This document shows positions 63,652 to 64,000 of a stretch of 64,000 nt of DNA, in pieces. Under the pieces are notes generated by a model. It had not been told where the DNA came from. It saw nothing but the letters and a program-made list of their open reading frames with translations, and did no database searches. The translations under genes were made by a program, and so were the position numbers. The stretch's first letter is position 1. The number at the start of each line of letters is the position of its first letter. The stretch lies in contig NC_068998.1 in NCBI RefSeq assembly GCF_001194135.2, positions 48,732,273 to 48,796,272 of the forward strand, in the 5' to 3' direction. This DNA is from Octopus bimaculoides. Its lineage: Eukaryota.

Positions 63652-64000
63652 TAAATGTATATGTATATATAGATATGTGTGTATGTACATATATTACTTG
63701 GAGAAGTCTACATTCTACAGAGCTTTGCTTGGAGTTAAAGAATATATTTTATTCTAAAAATATTCAAGTTTTCTTTTTTTTTGGTTTTGGTTTTATTCTT
63801 GTCTATTTCTTATTCCTCCTCATCCTTCTCCTCCTCCACCTCCTCCAGCTTCTTTCCTCTTCCTCTTCCTTCTTCTTCTTCTTCTTCTTCTTCTTCTTCT
63901 TCTTCTTCTTCTTCTTCTTCTTCTTCTTCTTCTTCTTCTTCTTCTTCTATTGTCTAATTAGTTAGATATTTCACTTTGTAACAAAAGCTGCCGACTTTGT

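Noticed and set aside
1-64000. CRISPR arrays, rRNA and prokaryotic systems
   Set aside because: The sequence is eukaryotic; the tandem repeats lack unique spacers, and no rRNA-like sequence was seen.

Overview
AT-rich, microsatellite- and SINE-dense eukaryotic scaffold with many N-gaps; the repeat families suggest a cephalopod, probably an Octopus draft assembly (inference). Two protein-coding genes are supported. (1) An intronless Spot14/MID1IP1 (THRSP/MIG12)-family gene at 17894-18580 (+). (2) A spliced RBM48 gene (minor-spliceosome RRM protein) on the + strand, reconstructed by hand as 7 coding exons: 48424-48546, 50446-50636, 53750-53895, 54452-55093, 56236-56528, 58574-58639 and 60417-60497 (1542 nt, 513 aa, all intron phases compatible). 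Exons 1-5 are secure; exons 6-7 are tentative. The rest is SINEs of four recurring families, TTAA-flanked MITEs, relics of mariner, Tc1, maT, Helitron, RTE, pogo and Gypsy elements, and mini/microsatellites. Most listed ORFs are repeat or gap artefacts. The most interesting observations are a back-to-back pair of hammerhead-ribozyme-like cores (16191-16275), a ChoRE-like element plus CCAAT box upstream of the Spot14-family gene, tandem acceptors that switch the RBM48 C-terminus, a perfect 33-bp hairpin (37619-37694), and a two-state hairpin just upstream of the RBM48 start. No clearly new multi-gene system is evident.
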